This document shows positions 39,418-52,822 of a stretch of 64,000 nucleotides of DNA, piece by piece (position 1 is the first letter of the stretch; every line of letters begins with the position of its first letter). Source of the stretch: Takakia lepidozioides (lineage: Eukaryota > Plantae > Bryophyta). Below the pieces are notes generated by a model, which searched no databases, had not been told where the DNA came from, and saw nothing but the letters and a program-made list of their open reading frames with translations. Location: assembly GCA_030704615.1 (NCBI GenBank), contig CM060733.1, positions 20,956,001 through 21,020,000 of the forward strand. Direction: 5' to 3'. Both the position numbers and the translations under genes were made by a program.

Positions 39418-40639
39418 TCAGTAGTAACTGTAAGAATTGGCGATCCTCCTTGGTGAGTAGTCATCGTAGCCGGAACGACCATACCCATAGTGACGGTCGT
39501 ACCAATTGTCGCCGTTGTGGCGACTGGAGCCGTATGGACGATTGTAGCTTGATCCATAACTTGAAGAACTGCCGTATCCAGAGCTGTAAGGATCATAACT
39601 TGGAGTGATGAAGGATAGAATGTGCGAATGTCTCTTGACGCGCTTGACACACCTGAGTAAAATCTCGGCTGGCACATTGCCAGAGACAGTCACTGTCTGA
39701 CTCACAAGATCACACACAACTGCGTGAACACCTGCAGATTTTAATCCATTCAAAATTAGATGATAATCAAACTCTAGATTGCAGATGCTAAAGGAAGATG
39801 CTGTCACTTCACCCCGAAGGGATCTATTACCTTCCTTTTGGAAGGTGATGGACTTGCAGATGCTTCGAAGAGTAAAAATCACTTAATTTGAAGTCAATCT
39901 TGACAGTCAGGGGAGTTGTACATAAGGCTTAGTTATTCTTTAGCGAGCATTAAACTTAGAAAGAAAGAAGATTGAAGGCTCCAGGAAATCCAAAGAGGTG
40001 TACAGATGGGAGTGATAATTCGACGAAGGTCCTGGTAGTAGAATTTTATGAATCGACGAAGCAACTTCTGCAAACTAACCTTCCATAGACAATGCGTACT
40101 TCACTCGCTCGACATCCCTCATACTGTCCATGGGTACCTTCAACTGGACGTCCTGCATAATCATCGTACCACACCACATCAGTCAGACGAAGAAAGAAGG
40201 TAGCAGTCTTGAACTTTAATTTAGACGAATCCTGCCCTTTTAATGGTCGGTGTTGCACAGCTCCCAACATTTCATGTACCACCTGAAAAGACTGAAATTC
40301 GGCCACTTTCAGGTGCGCAACAACGCAACAGAATAAGGGAAGATAACCCCAGGAAAGCAACCTAACGCCCACGTTTCTCCCAAATACAGAAGGAGAACGT
40401 TACCGGTAACATTGATTGCCGGGAAGGGCCATAAGCAACCATTGCGTCGTCATAGTAGTGATGTGGGAGACGGCGGCTGTGACTGCCATGAAAAAGCTGC
40501 ATTCGAGCACCAGACGCATATGAGTTTCATGCCACATAGTACATGAAACTTTCCAAGCCCTCAATCCCGTAGACCCAAAGCCACAAGAGGGGTTTGAAGA
40601 GTTTTGCAGAAAATTCACCTCTCTTATGTAACTCGACAT
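39418..40639 (-). CDS. HMA-fold protein 4, 166 aa; exons 40639-40619, 40496-40404, 40152-40080, 39731-39418
   Basis: MSSYIRE|LFHGS...MLP|DVQLKVPMDSMRDVERVKYALSME G|VHAVVCDLVSQTVTVSG...SYSYY*. Confidence 0.87.
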
Positions 40640-41574
40640 TGCCCCAGATGGTCGTAATTGTCAAACTTGCACACAGCAGTTTAATCGAAGTTGACAACTC
40701 TGTGAACTAACTGCTTTCCCAACAACGCAGGTCCAGTCCAACACTGAGCTCCAAGTGTGCGTAACCACCTCCCACCTCCAGTCGCCACAAAAGAGCAGTA
40801 AAGACCCAGACACCGAAATCGAACAACTATCAGCTAGAAACCCACGGCAATGCAATGGTCGCAAGAGCCGTGAGAGACCGGAAAGCAGGCGACAGCTGAA
40901 CAACACCACAGCTATACGCTTTTGCTTGGCTTACTGAGAGCCCATTGCCTAATATAATCAACGCTTCTACTATAGCGAACGTGGACGATCATTTCAATTG
41001 ACAAGGATGCCGTCCTCTACACGAGAAAAAGGATCAACAAACCATAGCAAAGGCAACAGCTGTTGACTGTGGGCCCCCTTCCGGACTGACACATGGTCGC
41101 ACAAGCTGAATCTGCGCGAAGCCCCACCAAGCACACAATCTGGACCTTCACACCCCCTTTAGACTCTCGACGCCAGCGCGAGACGATGCAACACTATTCT
41201 ATCACGCTCGCACGCTGCTCGAGCGCTGGCACCCAAGTGCGTGTTGTGCTCCCACTCGCTGCCCCCCTTTAATATCTCTTCCCTCGCTTGGCGGCGCTCT
41301 CTCTCTCTCTCTCTCTCTCGGAATCCACGCACATTTTATATATTTGCTGGCCGGTGCTTCTAAGTCATTTTAGGGCTGTGACTGAGGCGGTTCCAAAAAC
41401 TTATTAGCCAGCGCCAAGTGCACATACTTGGAATACAAAAACTTTACTTTACTTTAGTGGCTCCAAGAAAAAAAAGAAAAATCAAGTTGCTCCATGTCTT
41501 ACACGTCTGTGAAATGGCTGGGTTGGGTTTGCTCAAAATTACATTTGAAAGCAAGAAGATGGATGACTCGCCGC

Positions 41575-41755
41575 AACTCGCCGGTTATGTGATATAACCG
41601 GAATGAATGGAAATAAGTACCCACAAACATGCAACTCACTGGTTATGGGATATAACCGCAATGAGAGTGAATGGAAATAAGTACCCACAAACATGCGACT
41701 GACGGGTTATGGGATATATGTGGAATGACAGTGGAATGGAAATAGGTACCCATGA
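41575..41755. repeat. ~60-bp degenerate tandem repeat, 3 copies
   Basis: ggttatg.gatata...gaatggaaata.gtaccc repeated. Confidence 0.8.
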
Positions 41756-42287
41756 ACAGTCCGGGAAAAAATTGAAGGTGAAGGAAATTGACGCTGTGGG
41801 AGGAAGGATATGAACAGATGTGGCTCCTAAACCATAACGAAGGCTGTGGGGGTGATGTTAAGTTACCGGAATTATATGAGTGCCGTTGCATTTCATTGTA
41901 ACATTTCTTTGTCTGCCCTCTGTAGGTAACCCTGGTTATTAGTCGGTATACTCAAATGCCGGCTATCGGAAACCACGCTGCATGACAGGCAGGCCCCACA
42001 GCCAAGCCCTAAAAAATATAACTTTTCAGGCGAGGTGGGGGCCCAGCCTGCCGTTGCCGGCCGGCTCATCACAGGTGAGGAGGGTCCCCCTCTAACTACC
42101 CTCTCTTGGTTGTGGTTGGAAAAAAATCCAGGGCAGGTGAGATCTCATCCATCACAACCCAACTGATTTCATCTCAACAAACTATAATTTTGCCTCTCCA
42201 CCTCCAAAGCTTCATTTTTGTGCTTGATGTGTTTCTCCTTTTCTTTGTAAGGAAGACAATGACTTGGGGGGGAAATTGTAGCATCCA

Positions 42288-42437
42288 ATGCGCAACGAGA
42301 GACCAATCACACATAGAAGAGAATGCGATGTGCAACGAGAGACCAATCACACATAGAAGAGAATGCGATGCGCAACGAGAGACCAATCACACATAGAAGA
42401 GAATGCGATGCGCGAATAGACACCAATTACACATAGA
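42288..42437. repeat. 40-bp tandem repeat, ~3.7 copies
   Basis: atgcgcaacgagagaccaatcacacatagaagagaatgcg, head to tail with no spacers. Confidence 0.9.
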
Positions 42438-42909
42438 GGAGCATCTAGATTGAACACTATGAAGTATGAAGTAAGTGACAACCAAGTTGTACACTAGTCC
42501 TGAAACACTCCTTTACTGAAGTCAGCATTAGCCTTGTACTCTCAACCTCAGGTTGCATGCCGGGCCACCTGTCTGCAAGCCATGGGAGGAGATTCCAAAG
42601 ATCATGACCGTTCATGGCTGGAAGGCTGTGATGTAGGGTTTAACAGGTACCTGCCATTTGGGCGACAGTAATAACTGTAGAAGAAGACAAAGAGGTCAAG
42701 GAGATTAATTGAAAGCATGACACACACACTTACCGTTGGAAATTTCCGGTAAATTCGTGGATTCAGCATCCGCACTGTAGGCTAGGTAGCAGACTAAGGT
42801 CAAACTTGTTGCTGTGCAGCCTTACCTTCCCCGAAAACCCCCCCAATTGCCGTATAAAGGAGGCAACCCCAAAATAACTTATATAAAACTTGGTGGCCCG
42901 GAGTCACTC

Positions 42910-43075
42910 GGAAGGTGGGTTTTTGTTTTTTGTTAAAAGGGAAAGAAAAAGATGAAATTTGAATTTAATCGAATAATATTATAAACCGAATTAATATTAA
43001 TATTAATATTATTCGATTAAATTCAATTTTCATCTTTTTCTTTCCCTTTAAAAAAAATACAAAAACCCACCTTCC
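42910..43075. repeat. Foldback inverted repeat (~70-bp arms)
   Basis: ggaaggtgggtttttg...aagggaaagaaaaagatgaaa..gaatttaatcgaataatatt pairs with its reverse complement ending ...aaaaacccaccttcc. Confidence 0.9.
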
Positions 43076-43529
43076 AGTGAGTTTGAATTGAATATTATTA
43101 TCTTGAAAAATAATACATGATATTCAGAAATAATAATGTAATTTAAATAATTTAAATATTTATATTTATTTATTTATAGAGAATTTGATAGTTCATCCGC
43201 ACAAGTACACCTGAACTTTTCATCAATGAACACCAGCTCCCAATGCACTTAGCATCCATCTTTATATAATCCGTTAATCTTATCAGTCAGGTTGGCTTCC
43301 TCTAATTGGCGGAGTCGATTTTTCATCCATGCAACTAGCCAGATCAGATGCAATGCTGGCACTTAGAGATAAGCTAGCTGTTAAGAAAAGACAGTACTTA
43401 ATTAGTATGGATGTTTTACCAGCTCATAGTTCTGTCACTATTTCAATGGTCATCCATCCTCATTACGTGTAGAATAGCAAGCGGATGGAATCAGTGTCAT
43501 CACAAGGGACTCGGGTGTATTTAGTGCAG

Positions 43530-43810
43530 GTTTTTCTTTTCTTTTCTTTTTCTGAAAAGAGAAACACCTGGGAGCGACAGCTCACAAATCAGGCCCCTTT
43601 AAGGAAAAAATAAAAATAAAATCAGACACCTTATTTATAGTGAGAGGAGAAAATAACCTCTTTCACAGTAACCTCGCCGTGAAGACTTCCGCATGGGACT
43701 CCGCTCAAATGGAAGGGGGAGATGAACATACGTCCGTCACGTCAAGGTAGCAGGATTTGACCCCAGAATCATCTGGGTGGACTGTTGGGTAGGTGGGCTA
43801 TCTGCTCCAG
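43530..43810 (-). mobile_element. SINE copy
   Basis: Reverse-strand B box GGGTCAAATCC; 3' end ctgtcgctcccagg shared with 53106-53328; A-rich tail. Confidence 0.6.
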
Positions 43811-44682
43811 AATGTCCTTCCAAACCCAACTTAGAATGTAGGAAGAAAAACAATTTCCTTGCAAAATTTGATAATAAACCTAGAAGTTTTGGGCCCCAAA
43901 AGCGCCATGGCTGGAATGTTTTTTTGTCCTCCACTAAATTATTATTACTATTTCACTGCCTCTATGTTGAAAATTTCTGAAATGGTTTGATGTGGTAGCT
44001 TACCAATGTAAGAAAATACATTTTCAATTGTCCAGACTCCATATCGTAAATTTTATTTCTTGGAAACAGCAATTATAAATTTACTTGTTAAATGGCACTC
44101 GAGGGTTTTACATCTACAAAAGATTAATCCCTTTATTTTTCAGGAAAGGGGACAGAGCCCAATAGACTGGAGGGGGTGGAAAAAATAACCACCATAAGGC
44201 TGTGGAGGCTTACAGTGCTTCAAGCTCAAAAAGCATTCAAAATGAGGCCCGTACCACACTAGCGGCACACCAACGGCACTAACGTGGACGTTACAGGCTA
44301 AGGATTGTTGGATGATATAGGTCAATGTCACCAAACAGCATGAATAGGCCACCACACTATAGCAGAAGCCCAACGACAAACAAATCGCAACTACCTTATC
44401 TGTTCATTCTAAAAATAACCAATTCCCAGAACCTTTATTTTGTGTCTGTTAGAGCAGGATGGATAGGCAAAGGAGAGCTCTTATTGCTTGTCTTCTATGC
44501 CAAATTGCAATGTACTATATTACGTATGAGGTGAGCTCTTATGCTCAACAATGTCAACTCATTTTGCATCAAAAGAGAGTCTCTCATCTTTTTATGATTT
44601 TTTCCATTCTAGAAGCTCAACGCAAAAATTTTCCTCCACAAGAGCTCCGGTCACACAACAGGGTTTAGAGTCTCATCCCCCG

Positions 44683-47600
44683 TGTCGCATGCGTGGGCCC
44701 TGTTGTGACATCCAAAGTCGTAGGCGTTGTCTGCTGTAGATACACATAGTCCCTAGGGTGGAAACGCCGAACACCTGGCCGATATCCCCCTGCACGTATA
44801 GTGGCGTACCTCAATGTGTCTCGGTGTTGGGCAATAGCAAGTTATCAAAAGCCATAGGCATGACTCTCTTGAACAACTCTGCCCGCTGGGCACATGCTTG
44901 TGTCCACACATCCGGATCATCAAGGTTGAGAACTACTGCAGTCTCCCTGCGAATAGATGCAGGCAAATCTGGCTCTCGGCCAAAGAGAAGGAAATAAGGT
45001 GAGAACGAGGCAAGTAATGCTTGTTTGCTAAATCTGTAACCCATGACCAACCAAGATAGCTGAAGGTCCTAATCTCCTAAGTGTCCCTTCTGCAAGCCAT
45101 ACTTGCGCAAGCCTCGCTTGACTGTTTGTACAACCCTCTCTGCCAGGCCATCAGCCTCGGGATGATCCCAAGAAGTAGTGCGGTGATCTATCAAGGCTTG
45201 CTCACACAAAGCCTGAAACTCCCCCAAGAACTCTCTCCCCTAGTCCGTAAGTACCTCGGCTGGAGCACCAAATTGGCTAAGCACTCGATCTAAAAATGCA
45301 TATGCAGCCCCCTCACTTGCCTTGTCAGGCAATGCCACCAGTTCAATCCACTTGGAGAAATGTTCCACCATCACCAACACATACTTGTTATGGTGAATCG
45401 TTAGTGGCAATGGGCCTGCGAAGTCAAGACTCCAACGATAGCCCAAACCCATAATGGGAAAATGATGCAATTGTGGAGTAGGTGCATTGAAAGAAGCTCG
45501 CACTCTATCACACACCATGCACCTTGCCACTAACTGTTGCACATCCGTGTGCATGCCCCGCCACCAATACTGTCATTGCAGCAAACTATGAATGCGCACC
45601 CAAAAATGTCCCAACTCCTCATGGGCATGGCGTACCAATCGCGCTCGTTGTGTTGGATGAGGCACAATCCTCACTCGTCCATCCTCCCATACTCGGAGTA
45701 AGTGAGTCCCCTCCCACTTGAACCTCTTGGCTCGTTGTAGAATCCGATCTCTCTCCTTAGCAGTCACACTGGCTGCTGTCTCTCTAGTACAAAGGTAGGC
45801 CAACACTGCTACATTTTCATGCACTTAGCACCACCAAGCTCCTTACTGATCTCCGGATTGTCATGCACACCATCTACATGACCAATGCTATGGGATGGAC
45901 CAACTTGAACTCCCATTGCTATGATGCACAAAAAGGCGGATGCATGCCATCCTGGCACCATCTCCTCATCCGTCTCACCATGCCACCGAGCTCCAGTATC
46001 ATCATGCTCGCTCGTACATGGATTACGACTCAATCCATCTGCATCCCGATTGACAATACCGGCTCGATGCACCACCTGAAAGTCGTATTCTTGAAGCATA
46101 AGTGCCCACCGTGCAAACTTGTCTGATTCCATCAACCACTTCAATGGTTGATGATCCGTGATAAGGGTGAAGAGATTGCCATAGAAATGTGTCACTTCCC
46201 ATACCGCAGCTAGACACTCCCCTTCATAGGAACTATACTTCGCCTCGGCATCATTGTTTGAGCGGCTAGCATATGCCACTACGAACTCTCTTCCCTCATC
46301 ATCCATCTGTGTGAGCACTGCTCCAATCCCCAGCATACTTCAATTCGTATGTAGCTGGAAATGCCGCCCCCGAATAGGCCGCCTCAGAATAGGTGCAGAA
46401 GTCAATCGAGCCTTGAGTTCCTCAAAGGCTTCCTCCTGCTCCTCCTCCCACTGCCACTCCTGACCCACCTTGGTCAACTTAGTAAAAGCCTTTGCAATGC
46501 TGCTAAATCCCTTAACAAACCGTCGATAGTAGTTTGCCAACCCCATGAAAGCACGAACTCTGCTAACATCTATGGGGTGTGGAATGCGTGCAATGGCCTC
46601 CACCTTCGTCTTTTGAACACCCAATCCTCCAGGGTATATCATGTGGCCCAGATACTCAATCTGGTTGTGGAAGAACTTGCACTTCCCAGGGTGCAATTTC
46701 AACCCATGCGCTCTTAAGCGCTCAAACACCACCTGAAGGTTTCTCTTTTGCTCCTCAACCGTAGCACTAAAGACGATGATGTCATCAACGTAACACCGGG
46801 CAAAGTCTAGCCCCGCGAGAATCCTATCCATAACCCTCTGAAACTCTGCAGGAGTATTTTTCAACCCAAACGGTAGGAAGCGCCATTGGTACAAACAATC
46901 CTTCCCATGTTGGTCAAACCCCCAGAATGCCGTCTTTTGCTTGTCAGCCTCTTTGATGACAACTGGTGGTAACTGGATCGCAAGTCCAATGTGCTAAACA
47001 CCTTCGCATGGCCAATGGCATCAAAGATTTCCTCTGGAGTTGGCATGGCATGGCATATCTATCGGATTTAGTCTAACGGTTCACAGGACGATAGTCCCCA
47101 CGCATCCTTTTTTTTGTCCAATTGCCATAGATATCCTTCTTAGCTGGCATCACCGTTGCCGAGGCATACTCCCCGCCTAACAACTCCACCAATCCAGCTT
47201 CGAACAACTCCATAGTCCGTGACTGGATCAATGACCTCTCCATGTCACTATACCGGTAGGGCCTTCGAAAGATTGGCGTGTCAGTTGTCAAATCAATATG
47301 AATCTCCTGACCCTTCAAACTCCCCAAATCCTTCAAACCGAAAGCAAAACAATTTCTATAAGCTCTTAGAAATCGCTTGTAGTGATAATGGAAGTGAACA
47401 CACAATGGAAACACTCCACTCATGAATCTACTCAATCACATAAACTAAGTCAAGCCAAAGGGCACCTTTGCTAAAGGAATCCACCCTACAAAAGCCCTCA
47501 CCACACTCCCTCTCAATACCTAGAGCTATGGAGGTGGGAGAGGTTCATGGAGGCTCAACTACAAGAAGATGAGCCCTCCTCAACACTCACAAGGGGAAAA

Positions 47601-47749
47601 CCCATCCCTATGTCCCAAGTGAGGTTTGACACCTCACTTGGCATGTGAGACCAAATGAAGTCCCAACACACATACAAATAGAAATATCCAAAATGTCCTA
47701 GTTAACTAGAAATAGGTAATTCTAGTTAACCATGACTAAAACCATGACA
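44683..47749 (-). mobile_element. Internally deleted relative of the DNMT-Gypsy: A-type repeat fused to RT-RH-IN fragments
   Basis: Begins TGTCATGG at 47749; RT CYVDDI, RH YEGECLA/TDHQ, IN SLDFAG; ends ...GCATGCGACA at 44683. TSD not clear. Confidence 0.85.
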
Positions 47750-47993
47750 CGTGACACATGTAATATAGCCACTTTTCTAACCATGCCCTTTCGTTATTCC
47801 GCCACATGGGCACTGAGTAGAATTTACATTTGGCCCTTGTGGTGATTTCGGAAAAGTGAAAAAAAAAAAAAACACTGAGGGACAATTAAGTGAATATAAA
47901 TGTTGCACTATTTTTTCATCAAGCCATTACTAATTATCATTTGCTCATAATCAACCGCCAAGGGGGTTAACTCTCATCCTTACATGCAAGTGA

Positions 47994-50900
47994 TGGGTTG
48001 TGACAGGCTGCGGCCTGTGGGGCTATGACCCTGTGACCTGTGTAGGGCTGTGACAGGCTGTGGCCTGTGTGCGGCTGTGACGGCTGTGACCAGTGATCTG
48101 TGTAGGCCTGTGCTGGTTTGTGGTGGCCCATGTTGACATGTGGACGGCCTGTGCTGACTCGTGGAGGTAGTGGTGGACTGCCTAAGGACTGGCATGTGGT
48201 CTTGAAGGCCGAATTTTGAAGCTCGTGGAGGGCGGTTTGAGGAGTATCTTCATGATATTCCCATGGTCATGCAAGTGAGGGAAGAGATGAGAAAAAGAGT
48301 GTTGGGATGAGGGCATGCTGGGGTTAGGCATTGCTTTAGCTTCTCTTCCTCGTAGTTTTCCACCCTCGCATTAGGCCAAGACCTTTCCTTAGGTGGAGGC
48401 AAGAGTCAGTCCGGGTTTGGGCTGGGGTGTCCTTGCATGAGCAACACTGTGGAGTTGTTTTTGGTGTGGGGGAGTTGTCGTTCTGATTTCTTGTGTTTGG
48501 ATCCCCTCCATACCTGCATGCTTGACTGTGTGCCATGTTAGTTTTGTGTGGGCGCTTGTTTTTATAGGTGATTGGTCCGGATTTGATCACCGGCCAGTCC
48601 TAGAGCATGCTGTCGATGGTGAGGCTGGGGTGATGACCAGTCAGACCATCATTGTTTCTCCTGTGGTGAGGTTGGAGGTGATGACCAGCCAATTATAGGA
48701 GTGCTTGCGGTGGATGCAGGTACAGGTGTAGGCTATGTTAGGAACCTAGTATTCCAAACTATAAGACGCAACAGGTTCTCTACCCGGTTACCTTGTGGAG
48801 AGGGGATTATGGACATGTTCATGACCGATTGAGTGACAGTTTGTCAACACGGAGGTGCCACTAGTTGCTGGGGACAGTGCCGGTTCAAGCACTAGCGATA
48901 CTAGTGGGTACACGAGACGAGGTGTACGGTTTAGGCCACCTTCACCTCCTGTGTCTACTACGGAAGGTTCTGATTCGGATTGTGAATCAGGAAGACTCAT
49001 ACCGGCGGTGCAAGTTGTTTCCTTGCCATTGTTGTGGGACACAATGGAGGAGATGTATGCAGCTACCAAGGGGCCACGAAGGTACTCTGGGGCGGTGGGC
49101 ACCATCGAGTTGGATGATTTTATCCAAGAGTTTGATAGTTGGTGTGATTTGCAGCAAATGCGCAATCCACAACTATTTACGCCTTTCATGGCATGGAAGG
49201 GGCTGTTTCAATACCTTGAGGGGCCGCCTATTGATGATTACCATGAGTTCAGGCGGGGGCATGAGGTTGAGATCGAGGAGTAGAGGATGTACTGGTCACC
49301 CGACTATATCCATCACTAGGGGCACTAGAGCCACGAGGGCAGTGGCTACACCTGCCGCTGCACCGGCAGCTTCAGCAAGCAGCAGTGGGACTAGTGGGAC
49401 TGGTGGTACAGTAGCTACGACGTCCACCCAAGCCACTACCGCACCAACACTAGTACCCGTGCCTGGCTTCAACCCTGTTGTGGAGTTCTTCGAAGAGTTG
49501 AGAGGGAACTACCAAGGGGTGAGGACAGAGAAGTTGCGAAGCTTGCAAGAGTTCCAACAAAAGCCAACTTAGAGCTTGAGGGAGGCTTTCACTCGCATGA
49601 GGCGCTTGATAAATGTAACCCAAGGGGTTACGGAAGCTCAGGCAGTCCAATTCTGGTATGGGATATTGGACAAGGAGCTGAGGAGAAGGGTGCGGGATGC
49701 AACTCTCCTACAAGCTGCCCAACCCACCTTAGCAAATGTGTTTTTGCGGGCAGAGCGGATAGAGCTCAACATGGTGGAGGAATGAGTGGTCATGGTGGAA
49801 TTTGCTCAGGAGACACCACGGGGTAGTGGTGCTCCTAGCCAACTACTACCTCAACGTGCTCAAGGCAACAAGGGGGCTCAGGTGAAGCTCAGGGAAGGAC
49901 AGAGAGGACCTTAGATGCAGGGGTCTCTTCCTTCATTTGCAGGCCAACAACGGGTTGAGGTGGTGTGTTGGACATGTGGAGGACCCCGTGTCAAGAAGGA
50001 TTGCCCAGAGGGAGGCAAAGGGCCGGCACATGTACAGCCTGCACAGTTGCAGTGTGGGCATTGTGGCAAGTACATGCATAGAGAAGCCCAGTGCGATGGT
50101 TTGCATCCTGAGTTGCGCTCAGGCCAGTTCCAAGGGAACAATGGTGGCCGGGGGCGAGCTGGAGCAGCCTAAAGAGGACGAGGTGGCCAGGCACGGGGTG
50201 TAGGCCAAGGGCAAGCTCAACATGGCCAAGGACGCGGAGGTCAGGGCGTTGACCAAGGCATGGCCAACCGGCTTCAGCAGCTAGAGCAGAGGTTCGCTGC
50301 CATGGCTACAGCTCAGGTGGTACCGGCTCCAAGGCCGGATGGTCCACCTCCTGCTCCTGAGGGAGGAGATATGGGAGGCATGGGATTCATGTTCGGAGCA
50401 GCACTACCACTAGTGCAGGTGGAGTCTGCTGTAGCCGTGAGTCGAGGAGCAGCACGAGTTCTTGAGCCACGAGGTGCAGAAGTGGAGTTGGATCCACAGC
50501 GTGGGGAGGCAAGCCGTTAGGCTAGGCTTGGCGGAGACAGTGTCGACGCCATCCATGGCACCTAGTTTTCGCCCGACTGTTATCGAAGCGGAGGTTATTA
50601 TACCATTGGGGAGAGCTACACGGGTAGCACCACTACCTAGTGTTGCCAAGGCTACGGCAGCTAGTGTGCTGCTGGGAGCGGCCACATCTGTGTGTCAGGC
50701 TCCATTGTTCTCAGCTACCATGATTGCGACGCCGGGGGTAAGACCAGCTGAGGTGTTCAGGCTGGCAGCTACACTCTGTGAGAGTGGGGAGGTTACTTCA
50801 TCTTTTGCGGAGATAGTGGGAGGTGTAGTGCCGGAGGGATCCTCGGATTTGAGGGTCAAGACTGCCACGACGGCGCCATGGCAAGCTCAAGCTGCCAGGT

Positions 50901-52205
50901 TGATGGAGCTGTCAGCTAGGCCAGCCATTGAGCGCGCCATGGTGACACCTGGAGTTGTCATGTTAGACAACCAGGATGACATTTTTTGTTTGAGTGGACC
51001 GGCAGGCAAGAGGTACCGGCCACTGCGGGTCTTGTTGGACTCGGGAGCTCAGCCATTGATGTTGGCTATTGCAGGCTTGGGCCTCACGGAGGCGGATATG
51101 GAGCCTTGTCCTTTCCAGATATAGACGTCTTTGGGAGGATCGGAGCAGGCTCGGGGCATGACACGGTGTGAGTTAGCTATCAGACTACGGCTGGATCACC
51201 CTACAGATGGCTCAGTGATGCGAGCCAAGACCATTGTGACAGACGTGGTCTTGTACGATGTCATAGTTGGTGGAGCAGTGTTGTACCCCATGGGCTTCAC
51301 CCTGGATTTTTGGGAGGAATCAGCTTCCTATAGGCCTGGATGGCAGTCAGGGGAGGGCCGGCGTATGCAGCTCCTTGTGACATTCATAGGAGGAGTTGCG
51401 GTTGCCCAGCGGGGCAAGATGCCGACACTGGCAGCATTCAAAGTGGCAGTGAGTTGACCTGGAGAGTTGCTTGAGGGCAACGCTCATTCAGTGGATGTGC
51501 CACCTCCGGGAGAGCAGGAAGACATGTATGGTATGGCGAAGTTATCTGCCATGGTTGCTCAGACTTCATTGTGGAGCACGAGCAAGGATTTGCAGCGGGT
51601 TGCTGATTGTCGTGTGCAACAAGCCTGGGTAGAGGTTTTTGTACCGTCAGGAGAGGAGGACAATGCGGGGATTGCACCAGGACCACCTCAGTTGTCACCA
51701 TTGGACACCACACCGATTGTGTGGCCGTGTCCGGATGAAGGCATTTGCCTTCTGGACTTGTTTGGCGGGATCAGCACCGGATTGGCTGCTGTTCTACAGA
51801 CATGTGTACGAGTACGGCGTCACTTGTATGTGGAGAAGGATGAGACTGCACGACGCGTCTCACTCCGTCATATTGCTTTGTTGGTGCAGCAGTACCCTGA
51901 GTTGTTGCCGGTGTCTGCGGTTCATGGATATCAGCAGGCCTTGCCAGCAGTCATTTCGTTGCTGGGGGCGCAGGATTTGGAGCGGGTTGGCTTCATTGAT
52001 CTGGTAGTGGCAGGTTGGCCCTGCTAAGAGCATTCATCAGCCGGGCATGGCAATGGATTGCGAGACTCAAGGTCGGGTTTGTTTTGGGAGATGGTGTAGG
52101 TTTTGCGCCACTTGCAGCTTCATCAAGCTGTATCTCCAGCATATATCTTGGAGAATGTGCCACTGATGGGCGATTCTCGGGCCAGGGTGATGGCCAGTGT
52201 GCATC
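47994..52205 (+). mobile_element. Internal fragment of the DNMT-Gypsy (satellite, 5' UTR, gag, PR, partial DNMT), no terminal repeats
   Basis: Collinear with 14440-18451; LLDSGAQ, LDLFGGIS, AGWPC* (CAA>TAA), LENV. Confidence 0.92.
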
Positions 52206-52301
52206 ATATAACCCCTATCTACCAAAAACTAACAGACCCCGGGTACAAAAGATTCTGCGACCATTTCTGATAGGTATACTTACCGCAATATACCCTTATG
52301 T

Positions 52302-52332
<31 letters not shown>

Positions 52333-52540
52333 GACAAGCCATTACTAATTATTATTTGCTCATAATCAATCGCCAAGGGGGGTTAACTTCATCCTTACAT
52401 ACAAAAGTGATATATAACCCCTATCTACCAAAAACTAGCATCCCCTGATCCGGGTAAAAAAAAAATTTGTGACCATCTCTGATAGATATACTTACCGCAA
52501 TATACCCTCATGTTCTCTATCTCTATATATATATATATGA
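52206..52540. repeat. ~200-bp tandem unit with (TA)n; the first unit begins at ~47918 and is split by the retro fragment
   Basis: caagccattactaatt...catccttacat..agtgat|atataacccctatctacc; intact junction at ~52410. Confidence 0.8.
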
Positions 52541-52822
52541 CGCTAGCCGAAGCTAGCGTAAATAAGAGCCTCTTCCCCCTGTGGGTACCGCCCCCTTTTT
52601 GAGGGTAGGCTCTATGGTAACAAGAACAAGTTACTAAGCGGCAAGCTGGCCATTTTCGATCTTTCTTTTGTTGAGGATAATGGCTATTAGTGAAGTGATG
52701 ACCGTGAGGTGTAATGTTCATAATAGTATTTAGTGCCATCAGATCTACACTTGCTAAGTAGGGTTGGCATCATCTCTCTCTCTCTACCAGTGTTTTTTTT
52801 TTTCTCCCCAAAATTTATATCG

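Noticed and set aside
42288-42437. CRISPR-like array
   Set aside because: Head-to-tail 40-bp units with no unique spacers; eukaryotic context.
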